Assembly: GCF_964204645.1 (NCBI RefSeq)
Contig: NC_134029.1
Span: forward strand, 20,640,950-20,704,949
DNA: 64,000 nucleotides
Direction of reading: 5' to 3'
Origin: Tubulanus polymorphus
Lineage: Eukaryota; Animalia; Nemertea
A model generated the notes under the pieces. That model had not been told where the DNA came from, did no database searches, and saw only the letters and a program-made list of their open reading frames with translations. Below are positions 14,701 to 28,500 of this stretch, piece after piece (position 1 is the stretch's first letter; the number at the start of each line of letters is the position of its first letter). Made by a program: the position numbers and the translations under genes.

Positions 14701-17700
14701 ATGAGGGATGAACGATTTTAGGACGGAAATATACTATGCCCGGGTTCTTTTTTCAGCACTTTTGTAAGTCAAAAGTGACACTTAAGACCACAGCCCTCAT
14801 CCTAATCGTCCTTGTCTATCATGCATAATTGTCCACAAAATAAAGTCAAAAGTAAGCCCTTTAAAGCAACTATGTAAGTCCTAATTGACACTTTTCTTGT
14901 CATTTAAAACCGCTCTCCTCATCCTTACTATCCTCGTCTATGACAGATGATTGTCCAAAAAATTATCTGGGATACCAATAGTCAAAAGTAAGCACTTCCT
15001 GAGCACTTTCTGAAATTTTAGTGAAATGTAACCACTTTTTAAGGGCTTTACTTAGTTTTTTCAGAAAGAAGTAAGTATTTTAAGCAGTTTAAAGACTGGC
15101 TATAAACCCTGCTACACTGACTAATTTTTCAATCAATGAATGAGTTTTATCTACCTTTGATTGCCAAGATGTGTCTCGTCTTTTGCACGTCCTTTCTTGC
15201 GGAGGGGTGACGACTCGGTCAGCGATCCAACCGGCACAATATGTTGCTTAGCTACGTACTCGTTACTCAATTTCTTCCATTCTTGGGATATGAATGCTTC
15301 AAGTATCCTGCAAATATACCGGTCATCATAAAAACAATCCTTAAAAATTCTTGAAAATTCTTCTTTGTTGTTGATTTTGGGCCAGTTGCTCAAAAGTTGG
15401 TTAGGAATTAACCAGCGGACAGATGACGAAGTGACAATTAAAAGTTCATTGTTACTATGGTATTTATCCGCCGGTTATCTTTCACACAATTTTGAGCAAC
15501 TGAGGCCCTTTGTTGTTATGTTTAAGATGAATTTCACTTACTTTCGAAGCTGACTCCCGAGACCGAATCTTTCTTTGTTCGATGGTTGAAAAACTTCGAT
15601 CTTCGGTTCTGAAATACGAGATCGAGATTTTATCCGCGTAAGCATCAAATCAGCTTCAGTAAGAAACGAAATACTTAACAAATAACAGTGAACTGCAAGA
15701 GATGAGGCGGAATCTTACCAGATGCATCTAGATATCCAGTAAACGATAAATGAAGGCGTACTACGATTGGCTCCGCTCGAATTATTTTCCAAGCTTTCGC
15801 CGTCTCTTCCTACAAAACGATAACCATACAGAAACTAGTACATGAACATATCACGAAAAATTCACGGGTTCTCTCGAATTGGATGCATTGAATTGGGAAA
15901 CTATGGAAGACGAAGACAAACGACTCAACCCGTAAATAACGCCAAGATTAGAGCGAAATACAGAGTATGTGAGTTAACAATTAATTAATTTGAACAGTGA
16001 GTTAATTGAAACAAGTAATAAATCATTAGATGAAAACGTCTAAATCTACCTCTAAAAATGACATGTCTATATTGAATTCTATATCAATATCATCTATGGA
16101 TCCGAACAACCTGAAAAACATCATAAGTCAGCTCGACATACCAGACGCTTCATAAAGATAAAGCTCGAGATGAGATTTTCGCGATCATTGCAAGACCTAC
16201 CTATAATTGATGGCGCTTTCGCCGTAACGTTGATTCACTAAATCCATGTCATGTGAAAGGAGCGGGTTGATTTCACTTTTATAATGATCGACTTCGACGC
16301 TCTAGATAAATGACAAATGATATTTACAAGCCCTGATTAAGTCAGCAATGAATCACAGTGACCCAATGAGTACCACTGGCACTTGGTCGTCAGTATTTAA
16401 CTTTCCTAGGAGTAGGAAAGTTTCTCCATGACAATGTGCCCAGTGAATTCTCGAAGCCATTTGCTAGAAAATCAAATGCTGATAGCATTGGTTACGTAGA
16501 TGTTATCACAGAAGGTAATAATCAATGTGACGTATTTAGGATATTCAGGAGTTGACTTGATGAAATAGTTCCATCATGCAGGTTTACTTTCAATGCCAGT
16601 CAGCAATGAAACCTGGAACCTCCAAAATCAATAGAGTTCTTCCCCACACAACCCAAAATTTCAAAAGATTTCATCCACTGGTTCAGCCTGTGTCTTGTTT
16701 GCGACATTGACGGCTGCTAGTCAACTTTCTCGAAAGGTGGAACCTCTAAAATCAACACAGTTGTTTACTACATGATCATAAAAAACTGTCATAGAATTTA
16801 AAAAGGATTCCATCCACTGGGTCAGCCTGAATCTTGTATGCAAGAAAAGGTGTGATTGAAGTCCCCTTTCGCTACGCAGAGTGACAAGGGACCATGGGCA
16901 TCCCCAAGATTTTTTTTGGGGAGTTCGATTTTAGGAATAGAAGGGGGTCTGGGGAAAATTTTGAGAATCTCGTGCAAGCAGGCACGTTCTAGTGCAATCT
17001 GAGGCTGATAGATCGACTGGTTCCCGTTTACTTTGCATGTATCGATTTTATTTTGCCAATTTAGCAAATGCAGACCATGCGCCGACGTTCGTCGACATTT
17101 GAAAATTCAAAAAAGGCTTCGTTCGAACTACCATACTCCCCTTAGGGACGCCCATGGGGACTAAGTAAACGATGTCATCGATGGTATCTGATAGAGCAAA
17201 CTGTCTATAGGTGGAACGAACTTCTTAATTACCTCGTTATCGTTATAATAATACTCATAATCGTATTCATCTTCTGATTCGGAACGTTCGACGACGTCGA
17301 TGATCTCGACGGATTCCGCATCGGAAACGCAATCGGAATAATGAGATTCTTCGCTGACCATTCGCATCAACGACGTGTTCTGCGTCGTCGTCGGCGGCGG
17401 TGGTGGCGGCGGTTCGATTTTCGTCAAAGTCGGCGAGTTTTCGATCTTGCACGTCGAATTGATGATCGCCGGTTCGTCGACGATCGTCATCGTCTTTTCT
17501 TGAACCGGATGACGGACAGGAGTCGGCGGTAACGAGGATATCGGAGACGGAGGCAGCGGTACTCGAACTTCTTTATTCAATTCTATAGAAATTTGATTAC
17601 TTTTTATCAGGTATAATCCATGGGATCAAGAAAGTCGCACACCATCTAAGTCAAAATGTTCGCCATGGCGGGTATAAATTGGAACAGCCAGAAACTTGAT

Positions 17701-19036
17701 TTTCAATGGGCCTTATCACTGGAACACTGGACCTACCCCAGGGTGGCCACTTTCCGCCGTTTGAAAATCCCTGAGTTTTCCATGTGATTACACAAAATTC
17801 CCGGCGTGAATCAAGAGAAATTTCTCGGTTCAAAATGTTACATTTCATTCATTTTACATGTGCCCAAACATTATCCAAATTCCCTGAGTTTTCCAGATTT
17901 TTGGTAAAATTTGTCAAATTCCCGGAATATCCCCTGATCTTCCTGATTTTTCCAGGTTTTCCAGGCCAGTACCCACTCTGATTACACAATACATCGTGCA
18001 TTACCCAGAACAATTATAAACTTTGACTGGATCGTCAGGTGAATACAATATATCGTATAGATTTAGAAACTCAAGAATATAATGCTACTTTTATTACCTT
18101 TTGAGAGTTTAGTAAAAAGAATTGGAATTCTGTCAGAGGCGATGCGGCCTTTGGCGCCTTTTTTACCATCAGAGCGACTTATCAACGTTTGATCTGTAGA
18201 AAAACACAAATGGTAAGATTGAGAATTTAAGATCGCTTTCTAGTATCTCGTTTTCCAGACACGTATAGCGTTTCACTAATTGTACTTTTTCCCGGCTGAC
18301 ACTTCCAATTTCTGCAGCATAATAAATTCTAAATCCATATCTTCCCAATATTTGTCTTTTCTTGAATGAATTAAATGAAGAATTAAATCATTCCATATTT
18401 TCATAGTTCAAATGGAGTTTTTGAGTTATGATCTTTTATATTTCAGCAAGACTACCCCCACCCCAAATCTCCTCAGGCCGGTCGCTCAAAAGTTGGTTAG
18501 ATTTAACCAGTGGATAGTTGATGTAGTGACAATTAAAAGTCATTGTTACTATGGTATTTATCTGCCGGTTATCTTTAACCAACTTTTGAACAACCAGCCT
18601 TGAATGTTAGTGGTAGTAATCCTGAGATATCTTAAATAGTGTAGTGATATCAAATTCATCAATTACCTGGATAATCATCAGAGAGGTTGAATATAAAGTG
18701 TATTTCGGACAGAAACTTTTTACACGAGAACTTGAATATGTTTTCTTCCCGTTGAAAAACTGAAATATGTGAATTCAAAGACATATAATCATCATCGATA
18801 AAAAACGAACCAACTTTCCAAAATTATCGGCTGATCTTGGCCCCTACAATCGTATACTTAATTCGAACTTGGGGCGGGCCGAATTAGATTAGAGATAAGG
18901 TATAGAAATCAAAGGATCTTTATCAGTGCATTAGTTTTATCTTACCAAAATTCCTGAATGGGCACTTGCTATCTTTTGAACATGTGTCAATAACTGCGGC
19001 TACATCGACGTTCATCAATTCCCTTCTGTTCTCCAT
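11785..19036 (-). CDS. PARP8: PARP6/PARP8-family mono-ADP-ribosyltransferase with PARP8-like N-terminus and an internal UBA domain
   Basis: Multi-exon gene starting MENRRELMNVDV (ATG 19036). Exons include 18946-19036, 18667-18759 (..NLSDDYP), 18098-18193, 17233-17582, 14494-14667 (UBA). Family motifs RIPTLNEYCVVCDEQH, FHGSHIENWHSIMRNGL, HGAAYGEGIYLSP, RNLTCIALCEVI, HGSVWV..VCTRFFFVYEDGQIGD. Stop TGA 11785-11787. Probably co-orthologous to vertebrate PARP6 and PARP8. Confidence 0.92.
15380..15508. mobile_element. Hairpin MITE family (ggccagttgctcaaaagttgg...), further copies at ~18476-18599 and ~57231-57354
   Basis: Inverted ends cagttgctcaaaa / ttttgagcaactg; core gtgacaattaaaagt(t)cattgttactatggtattta shared between copies (the 57.2-kb copy is inverted). 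Confidence 0.7.
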
Positions 19037-19363
19037 GTTAACAACAACGGCGCTCGTTCAACTCCTTCTTCAAACCTTCTACCAGCTAAATCGCCATCTC
19101 AAAAGTGAAACTTCTTTTTTATCGAATTTCTAAAAGGGTATTACAACTCTTAGTGCAATATGTATGTACTTTTTTGACAGATCAGAAATTTACTTCCTGA
19201 TTCGGCAGCGAAGTGAGCGACCGATTCAAAAACAAGACACTAATCTACGGACTCGGACTTTCATCCGAACCGTGAATCAATCGCTCGCTTTGGTTATTTA
19301 CATTTTCTATGGCAACAACTTCTAGATCAAATCGAAAGCGTTTTAACCCCATCCGGCTGTATT
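19037..19363. promoter_or_regulatory. Bidirectional promoter between PARP8-like and CCDC192-like, with an X-box-like site
   Basis: Divergent ATGs only 327 bp apart; ETS-like ACTTCCTG ~19192; TTTTCTATGGCAAC 19303-19316 matches the RFX X-box except at the first base. Confidence 0.6.
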
Positions 19364-21854
19364 ATGGGATCAGGAGCGAGTTCGAGAGTTAAAGATATAT
19401 CTATAGCTCGTTCTGAAAGTTTGGAAGACTCGAATTCGGGATCAAAAACCAAAAGGTAAGCCCTGATGAAAAACTTTCAATTTCAATTCAATCAAATTCA
19501 TTTTATTGTGTATGTTAAGATGTCAAATCCATAGTTTAACCATTTTTTATTTCAATAGGGATCGTTGTTGCCAATGTGGCCTTGTTTCAGACGCAGAGGT
19601 ACGTATTCAATTATTACTTTAAAAGAAACAATTATCGGAAGTTCTGTCCACAATTATTAATTGATGATATAATCATTGTTAGCACCTATGGATCTATAAC
19701 AACCATTTCAGGGTAATCGTAGACCATAGTCATAAAATATAAGCCTAATAGCGAGTGAATTCTCATATTTTCAGTTGATCCAATCAGATCAGAGGTTGAC
19801 AATTACCTGGGTTGATCAAGCGGAGGCAAAAATAAAGTCTTTGGAATGGAGGGTAAGTCTGGTAGACTGATGTTGATCTCAGTATTTCCAAGCGAAAGCG
19901 AGACATCGAGGCCGATAAAAATAGGCTGTAAAGCCTTCAATGGATCCGTTAATCGATGATCATGATGATTTCACAGTTAATTAGCAAAACCAACAGTTGA
20001 TGATTTAACAGTTCTGACAATTTCGAAGTTTTGACTAATCTTCAGCATCAGAGAAAAAAAAATAACATGATAATGATGTACAGAAATTTAAAGTACCGTC
20101 TACTAAGGAAGGTTAGGGACAGGAACTTAACTGTCAGAATGAATATTAGATGATGAACTATGGGTTATGCTTATCAAGCCTAAAAGTTTTGAGATATGAA
20201 AACCACTTCTAATAGATTCGAGTTGAAGTTGAATTCAGCGATCGAAAAATTGATTTAAATTTTAGTTGGCAGAAGCAGAAAGTCAGAAACTTGATTTGAC
20301 CGATCAAATCCAAGCTTTAGAAGAACATGTGAATTCGCTGTGCTCTAAAACGCTCGAAACACAGTCCGGATTGGAATGTTCAGAAACGGTGAAATTAAAG
20401 GACGCCCATATAAAAAAATTGGAGAAGGAAACAAAAGCCGTTCATGACGAAATACACAATTTAGTAAGTATTTTAATCTGGATCTTGTTCTGAAGTTGTG
20501 GGGGACTTCGAGAAAAAATACTACGAGCAGTCTAAATGTCATCAAAGATTGAATAAAATTTCTTGAATTTTGGTTTTTTGTATCGGAGGAAATACTACTT
20601 ATCTCATCATCTTTAATCAATTTTAACCGGTAGTTAATGCTAGTTAGAAAAAGTAAACTTTTTTTCCAACAGAGAGTGAGGTATAAGAAGAAATTGCGAG
20701 CTGCAAATACAAAACTTATCACCGCGCGACAAGAAACTTCACTGAGAATATTCGAATTGAAAGGTGAAATCGAAAAACTTACTGATGAAAAGAGCGGTCT
20801 TCAAGGTGCGTCATGTTAAAATTTGAAATGAAAATTTCAACGAAAAATGTTTTCATTTCTCAAATCAGATTGTGATTATGAGTTGGATTTCAGAGTCAAA
20901 ATGAGTTCATTTTCAATTGTATTAATTAATGGCTGGGTCAAATTCACTCAAAACACCAGGGCCTGGTTTCATAGACTGAGTATCAAAGTTATCCCTAGGG
21001 GTAAATCCTCAATCAGGGTAACAACCACCGTGGTTACAATAAGAAACAATGGTAATAACTGACATATTTCAAAATGTTCCCAGGGACTATTTTTCTTCCA
21101 CATCTATGAAACCCAGCCCAGGAATTGGGTCCAGAAGTGTCAGTCAAATGGCTCACCTATGTATATTGTTAAACTTTCAGATGATTTACGCAAGTATCAG
21201 AAAACTCCGGTGCCAACTGCTGTAAACTCAAATGCCGATTCAGAAGAGGATAGTAGGACGCAGATTATATTACAACTTTCTCAGCAAATTACCGAACAAA
21301 ATGACAAAATTCATAAACTAGAAAATCAGTTATCCGATGTTAAAAATGTGTCGAGCCGTCCGAATAGTTCTAAAGTTGACGGCGATAAATCAGCCGAGAG
21401 TTCAGCCGAACTGAAATCGATAGCTGGCGAAATGCAAGCGTCGAAAGAAACGACTGTAAAACACAGACCGAAATCGTCGGCCGGTAATCGGAAATCATCG
21501 GGAATGAGCCGAGATTCGGGACTGGCGAGTCGTGAGAATTCTAGTTACGTTCGACCGGTCTCCGGACGCGTATTCTCGGCGAGTAGTAACATTTCAGTAA
21601 TAACGGGATCGGATATTTCGTTATCGACGCCGCCGGATACCGACAGAATCGGCTCGTCGAAAACGAACGCGTCGTCGTCGTCCACCATCGGTTCCGCGAA
21701 TAACGGCGACGTCAGCGATTTAGAGTTTGACGGAGCCGAATTGCTGGAAGATTTCATCGTTCCGAATGAAGCTTCGTTAAAACTGTTAAAAGAAATGGAT
21801 AAACGAGTGATAACTCCCGTGCAAATAAACAGTCCTAGAATTAAGGTTAAATAG
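19364..21854 (+). CDS. CCDC192: Coiled-coil protein, CCDC192-like, with myristoylation motif
   Basis: Exons 19364-19455, 19559-19598, ~19775-19852, ~20266-20463, ~20672-20804, ~21180-21854 join in frame. Starts MGSGAS. QAEAKIKSLEWRL..LTDQIQALEE, LKDAHIKKLEKETKA and EDSRTQIILQLSQQI resemble human CCDC192 as I recall it. Confidence 0.7.
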
Positions 21855-22583
21855 ATTCAGAGTTTATTTGTCTCCTTTCCTTTCTTTGTCCTGCTGTGAT
21901 AATTGGTGCAATTTCGACCCCACTAACTGCTGTGATCAATATCGACCGTCCTTAAAAATTTATGTCAAATAAACTTAAGACATATGCAAATCAATATTCG
22001 CTGTTTTTTATTTCATCATTGTCATCATTATCAGATCTTTTGGTTACGAGCCATTCCGCCTAGCCCATTCTTGAGGATGTCCTTAGGTGCTGCTCAATAA
22101 GAATTGTGACAATTGGTGTAGTGTATTTGTTTTACTAAGGCGTTTTAAAAATTTTATTGTTATTCCTGTATTGTGAATTCTTCATTGGTATGTGTCCCGA
22201 TTTGTACACTTAAGGATAAATAAAGATTAATTGAATTTAATTGAATAAACGAGAAATGGGTGGCTCCAAAGAATTCTGAGTTAGATATTTTAAGAAATAT
22301 CCATTATCAGGCAGCATTTCTAATTTGGACCATTTATCGATATTTTGAACTACTCTCTCCTCTTTTTACAAGGCAAGTTTTAGATTATCATCATTTTTAT
22401 GAAAGTACGGCCTGTTTTAATAATATTCATATCTATATTCTTTTTCCAGTTTGGTCTCTCTGTTGTGGTCCTTTCCGTTTCGCCAAAAAAGCATAGAGCC
22501 GAGGATGGAAAGTTGAGCAAATATTGAAAAAAATTGTGCTAGAATTTAATTTATTTGAAGCAGTTCACTTAAAAACATTGGTA

Positions 22584-25500
22584 ATGGATGATTCAAAAGA
22601 CAGCGTATCGAATCTGGAATTGCCAGCGCAAGAAGGGATTAATTCTGAACCAACGCCTACGGGCGACAGTTCCGCACTTTCTACCACAACGTGTATAAAC
22701 TCGCAGGAGGATAGTAACGCCTTAACTTCGACAACGACCGAACTGTGTAAAAATGATTTGGTCGAAAAGGTTACAAGTTTAGAAGCCGAATTAGAATCGA
22801 GTCGCAAAAATTTAAACCGCATGCAAAGACTTTACGAACGATCGATGAAATATAATGAGGATCTTCGCGAACAAGTGAAACATTTGAGTAGTGAACTTCA
22901 TGATATTAGAACAGGTAATGACAGCCTCTATAGATAGGCCTAGCATTAGTCTATCCCTCAAATGCTGAGTCCAGATTATTGGTTCAAAGTTTCTTGGCAG
23001 TGGATATTTTGCTGACTCCGTAATTCTAGTTAACAGTTTTATGCCGATTACGCATTCTTGGTAGTTAGAAAATTCAAGGAAATAGGCCTAGTTAAAGAGA
23101 TTAGGGCAGTGAATTCAGGAATCACCAGCATTTTACTAGGTCTAGTGCTATGTCTGCCTACTAGTAGCACTAGGCCTGACCCTAATCCTAGCCCTAAAAC
23201 TAAGCCTTATCCTTCTTACCAACACCCTTACCCTCTGTGCTCTCTAAGACCCTTATCCTAAGTAGGCTATTCTGAAAATGAATAATTGATAAATTTTCCA
23301 AGGTAGTAAGCTCTAGTAAGCACCCAAAGCACCTCTTGGATCTGTGTATGTAGATCTGTCTCTGCAAAATATCCACTTCAATGTTTCATTTTCCTAATGT
23401 GGGTAAGAACCTTCAATGCTTTGTATATCAAAACGCTATCTTGTTTTATAGGTAACAATAAATCGGACGCCTCCGTACAAGTAGACATCGATCTTCTTTC
23501 ATCAACTCAGGCTGAACATGCGGCAGCAAAAGTTGATTACGGTATTACCAGTTCGCAGAATCTTCCAGATTTAGAAAATGACGCTACAATAAAAACCGCG
23601 GAATGTAATGCTCTCGACGACCTGCAGCAGAGCCATACTGATAAGTCTATTCTGACAGATACCACGGCTGGAACTACCACTGAACAAGTAAGTATCGTCT
23701 CTAATCGACTTCACACAGGAATTTCAGGTATTCTCTAGATCATGTCTTATGCACTATCATTACATGGCATCTCAAGTTCACCATTACTTGTTCAATGATA
23801 CACTATAATTTATTTTACAATCATGAGCTTCAGTTCAGGGGCATAAGTTTTTTTAACGCAGACCGTTACAATGATATGTTTATAACGTTGATACTTAGTA
23901 TGCGTTATCTAATAAGGGGTTCTGTGCGTTGCATCATCAATATTGGTGTTTCAAAATAACAATTAATTACAATTGTGAATTTTGGTGTTATTTTGTCAAA
24001 TCAAATATATTTCAGGATTCAAAAATAATTTTATTTTTGATAAATTTTGATAATTCAATTTTGAGAGCTTGTTAATCATAATTCATCATTATAACATATA
24101 TCCAATGAACACGTTTCTAGTTACTGGTAATGTTTTGCAAAGAAGTAACTGTTTTGATGAATGTTCCAGGTTGAATCGATGTCTATCGCTGATAGTTTAA
24201 AAGCCGCTGCGGAAGAAGCTGTCCAACTGTCTGGTTTTGTTTACGATTCACAGTCAAGCATGTACTATGACTACAACTCCGGTTATTACTACGATGCTGT
24301 ATGTAACGTTTTTTGCCGATTTACAACTAATTTCTCAATATGACAGTAGACTGAGGCTCAAGTTTGTCAGAACCAATAAACTTGGATAACCATTTTGATT
24401 TGGATCCAGAAAATCTGTTCGTTGCAAACCAATACTTCTCGTTGTATTCAGTATGAAATTGCACTTCTAAATTTGTAATACTGATAAATCATTATATCAA
24501 AGTTTGTCGTAAAAAAGTTCCACCCTAACATCTAATATCACTTTAACTCTTTTATTGCATCTACACCGCAGTGCGGTGTATAAATGGGTGATTGACTTTG
24601 CTAGTACACCGCATCATAGTGTATTGATGTTATTAGTGATTAACTTTTATATTCATTGAAAGATGGCAGCACCTGATAAAACATTATGAAATATCAGTAA
24701 TCAACAATACACCGCGCCGTGGTGTAGACATACTTAGCGGTATGCCCGACAACACACTAGGGTGGAATTTTCAAATTATCTGGGGCTGCACTTTTGGGCA
24801 TTTATTAGTCTGCACTGAAAGAGTGAAGTCTTTTCGTTTTTCCAAAATTGATCAGAGTCTACTGTAATTCTATTTAAAAAATAACTGAATGGCAACGATC
24901 GCATTTTTCATTTCGTTGACCACCCAAAATTTTGTCTTTATTGAGACAGATAATGTAACATCATAATGAAAATAAATTTCAACAGATGATGATGAGCGTG
25001 TGACTTAGCGTTGCATTTTATGAATGATTCTTTTTAGGAACGTGGTCTTTATTACGATTCGAGTAACGGCACGTATATCTTCTACGACGAGCAAACGCGC
25101 AGTTATAAAGTGCATTCACAAGTCGACGTCAAACTGTTGAGCGCTTATTACGAGAGCGTGAATCTTTCGCAACAACAACAACAACAATGGCGCAACAACC
25201 GAAGCAAATCTGCCAGGAGTAAAAGTCCAACGAATAATCCTCTCGTGAAAACGTACAGACCAAATAGAAATGAAGTGAGTTTAAAAGTAAAGCACAATAC
25301 GACCTGCTCAATCCGGATTATTTGAAACTCTTTACCCGGATGAAGCGGATTACTCTGCTTCAGACCACAATGTATTCTGAGAAAACTCAAGCGGACTAAA
25401 ACAGGGTGGCCACTTTCCAGTACCTGGAAATCGGGGAAAAGTAAGGGAATTTCTTTTAAAAAGTCGGGGATAATTCAAGGCAATATGTTGAGATAGTTAG

Positions 25501-28500
25501 ATCGCACGTATAATCAAATAGTTTCCATCTTGTTTTGAATGTATTTGACTGTTTATGGTGTAGCCAAAAGAAGCAAATTACATATCAGAGAATAAATCAC
25601 ATAAAAGTGGCCACTCTGTAAGAAAAATATCCAAATCCAATCAAAATCTGAATTTAACAGATCTATATTGGTAGGTCTTCTTAACTCTGTATATGTGATG
25701 TAAATTGCATTAGATATTAATTTTTTGTCGCAAAATGTCTGAAATTTTTAGACTGTTCTTGATTTACAGGTTGACGAGGTTGGTGGTTTGTCGACTGAGC
25801 TATCCAGACTTACAATTAATAGACCACGCAATTATGCCGCAGGTATCTCAACTTGAAACCGACGAACGTTGACGTCGCTACAGGTCTTGTTTTTGTTTTG
25901 TTTCAGCGTGGCGCGACAGGAAGTGCCGACGTCGGTCGATCGAGCAGTCGGTTAAACCGATCGAAACGTTTCGATATATCGGACGATCGTCGCGACGATA
26001 GGAAACGATATAAATCTTCACGGAAACGGAGACGTCGGCACCACAGTCGTAGCGAGGACGACGACGATGATAGTGACGACGGTCGTAAAAAGAAGAAAAA
26101 GAAGAAGAAACATAAAAAAGAGCGTAGAAGTCGATCGAGTCGACATCGCGATGAATCTGTGGACGCGAAGCGCGATAGAAACGATTTAGTCGAACGAATC
26201 ATCAGAGACGACCACCAAAAACGCAAGAGAAAGGATAAAATCCATAACGTTACCGAAGAAGAAGCGATTGTCGACAAAATCGAGGATTTAGAAGAAGGTG
26301 AATTATCGGATAACGATACTGCCGCCGCCGACAGCAATAAGAAGGGCGTCGCTCGTCGCGAAGATGAGAAAGGAGATCATCCGACTGCGATGGATGTCGA
26401 CGATGACGATTTACAGGGAAATGAAAAGGATGAGAAGGATGACGGGCATGATAGCGATAGTAGTATGTCTAGTAGCAGTAGCAGCAGTGATTGGCTATCA
26501 TCTTCTTACTCGGAATCGGAAAACGGGGATACCGGCGGACGCAGTGCACAGATAGACTGTGCGTTAGACGAGGGTAGGAATTTTCTGAAGCTCGGTTTGT
26601 ATGTTTACAGTAGATAGGAGTCTAATATGTTCCTCTTAAATACCTCATCAAACGGCTTTCAAATTTATAAACTAAAGCGTTATTACTTTATCGTTAATCT
26701 GGTCACTTGTTTATTTCAAGTGAAAGCTTTCACTTCTAATATGCAGTAGCTTCATCATTCATTGACCTGATGAATGATGCTACTATTTGGTAACGAAAGC
26801 TCATACAACCTATTAAAGCACTATCTATCTCGTTTTACTTCTTCTTTACCTCTTCACCAGGTTAACGCAGTTTCTCCACAAATCGTTCAAATTGATATAT
26901 AGGAATTGATGATCATGTATATAACCCACGGGCCAGTTGCATAGTCCCAGTCATGACTTGGACTGAAGACCAATCTAGGACCACCTTAGTTCTATATTTA
27001 ATCTAACAACTTGAGACCAACATTAACATTAAGACCACTTTTCGACTTAAGTTTCGACTATGGAACCGGCCCCTGATCTTTAGTGTGATCGATGATTTAT
27101 CCAGATTAAGCAGATATTTGGATAGAAATCATAATTGACACGCTGCAGTCTGAATTAGACTGAAATCTGAATGTTCACTAACAGCTAACTAACAGCATTA
27201 AACATGAGTAACCCTTTCGGGTTTCGCGCGATTCATTAAATTGTGATCTATTAAAACTTGGATTTAATTGAAAATATCTGATTGAAAAATACACGGTGGC
27301 CTATTTAGATTATTTTCAAAATCGAATTTTATTTTGTAAATGCTGTAGTTGAAACTAGATTGAACTGACTCACAGCAAATACTTGTATTAAGACTAATGA
27401 ATTTTATCAAAAAAGTATGTGAGAATACATGTGTGTTTTATGTAACGTTTGATGGTATTTTCTCGTTAAAGAATACGCAACGAATGCTTGGAAGCCGTGC
27501 ATTCGTCTTATGGTCCGCGAGTCCGAATATCTACAAATGGGAAGTTTACATCTAGTCACGTGCACCGGAGGAACGATTGGCCGAGAAGCCGATCAAAACC
27601 ATATCATCGTAATACCTGATCCGCTCGTTAGCAAGGTACCACTGCATTCATCAACTCTTTCGGAAAATGTTCATTCGATTAGCCAGTATTTTAGAACAAG
27701 ATAAAATGGACCCTTGTTACAAAGAATTTGTTCTGAGTTAAATATGAAAATGAACTAACTTTAACTCAGTGTAACTCTAACTCACAACTGTGGAACTGGG
27801 CCCAGAGAATCGGTTCCTTATAACCGATGATTTGTTTTATCCAGTTTGTCCTACCGGTAATTGGGGAGGAAATCTAGGTTTGTAATGACCAGAAAATTGT
27901 TTTATCCAAGGTTCCACTGTATTTAGTTTGTTGTGGATGATTTTCTTGATCATTGGAAATGTTAAGTCTCATAGATCGAAATCACATTTTACTGGGGCCC
28001 TACGACTCCCTGATTCCTACAATAGGTATTGTTTTGTGTATTTACAGGCGCATGCCGAGTTGCTGTTCGATGAGGATTTAAACGTTTACACAATTACTGA
28101 TTTTGCGAGTCAGAATGGAATATATATCAACGATACGCGTATTGGATGCGTAAGTCTTCATTCATCGTTGTATGATAGAAACCACAGACTGTCCACTTAG
28201 CTGGAAATCAGGGAATTATCTTTTGATTAAAAAAGTCAGGGAATTTTGTAGAAAAAAAAATGCTAAAAATCTGTCAGGAAAATTTAAGATTGCTAGATCC
28301 CGTATAAAATCAAACAGTTTCCGTCTATGTCTTACATATTTGACTGTTACGGTAATTGATTGAATTCTCAGCAGATCAAGTCAAGGAAAACAACATGCAT
28401 TTCAGGCAATAGTCTGGGAAAAAGCAAGTCGAATCAATTGCTTCCTGATATATTCTACGCGTATTTGATTCATTTCAGTTGAAGACGAAAAGTAACCCTC

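Noticed and set aside
25903-26555. Antisense and alternative-frame ORFs in the AGGF1 low-complexity exon
   Set aside because: Explained by repetitive Asp/Arg/Ser/Lys codons.
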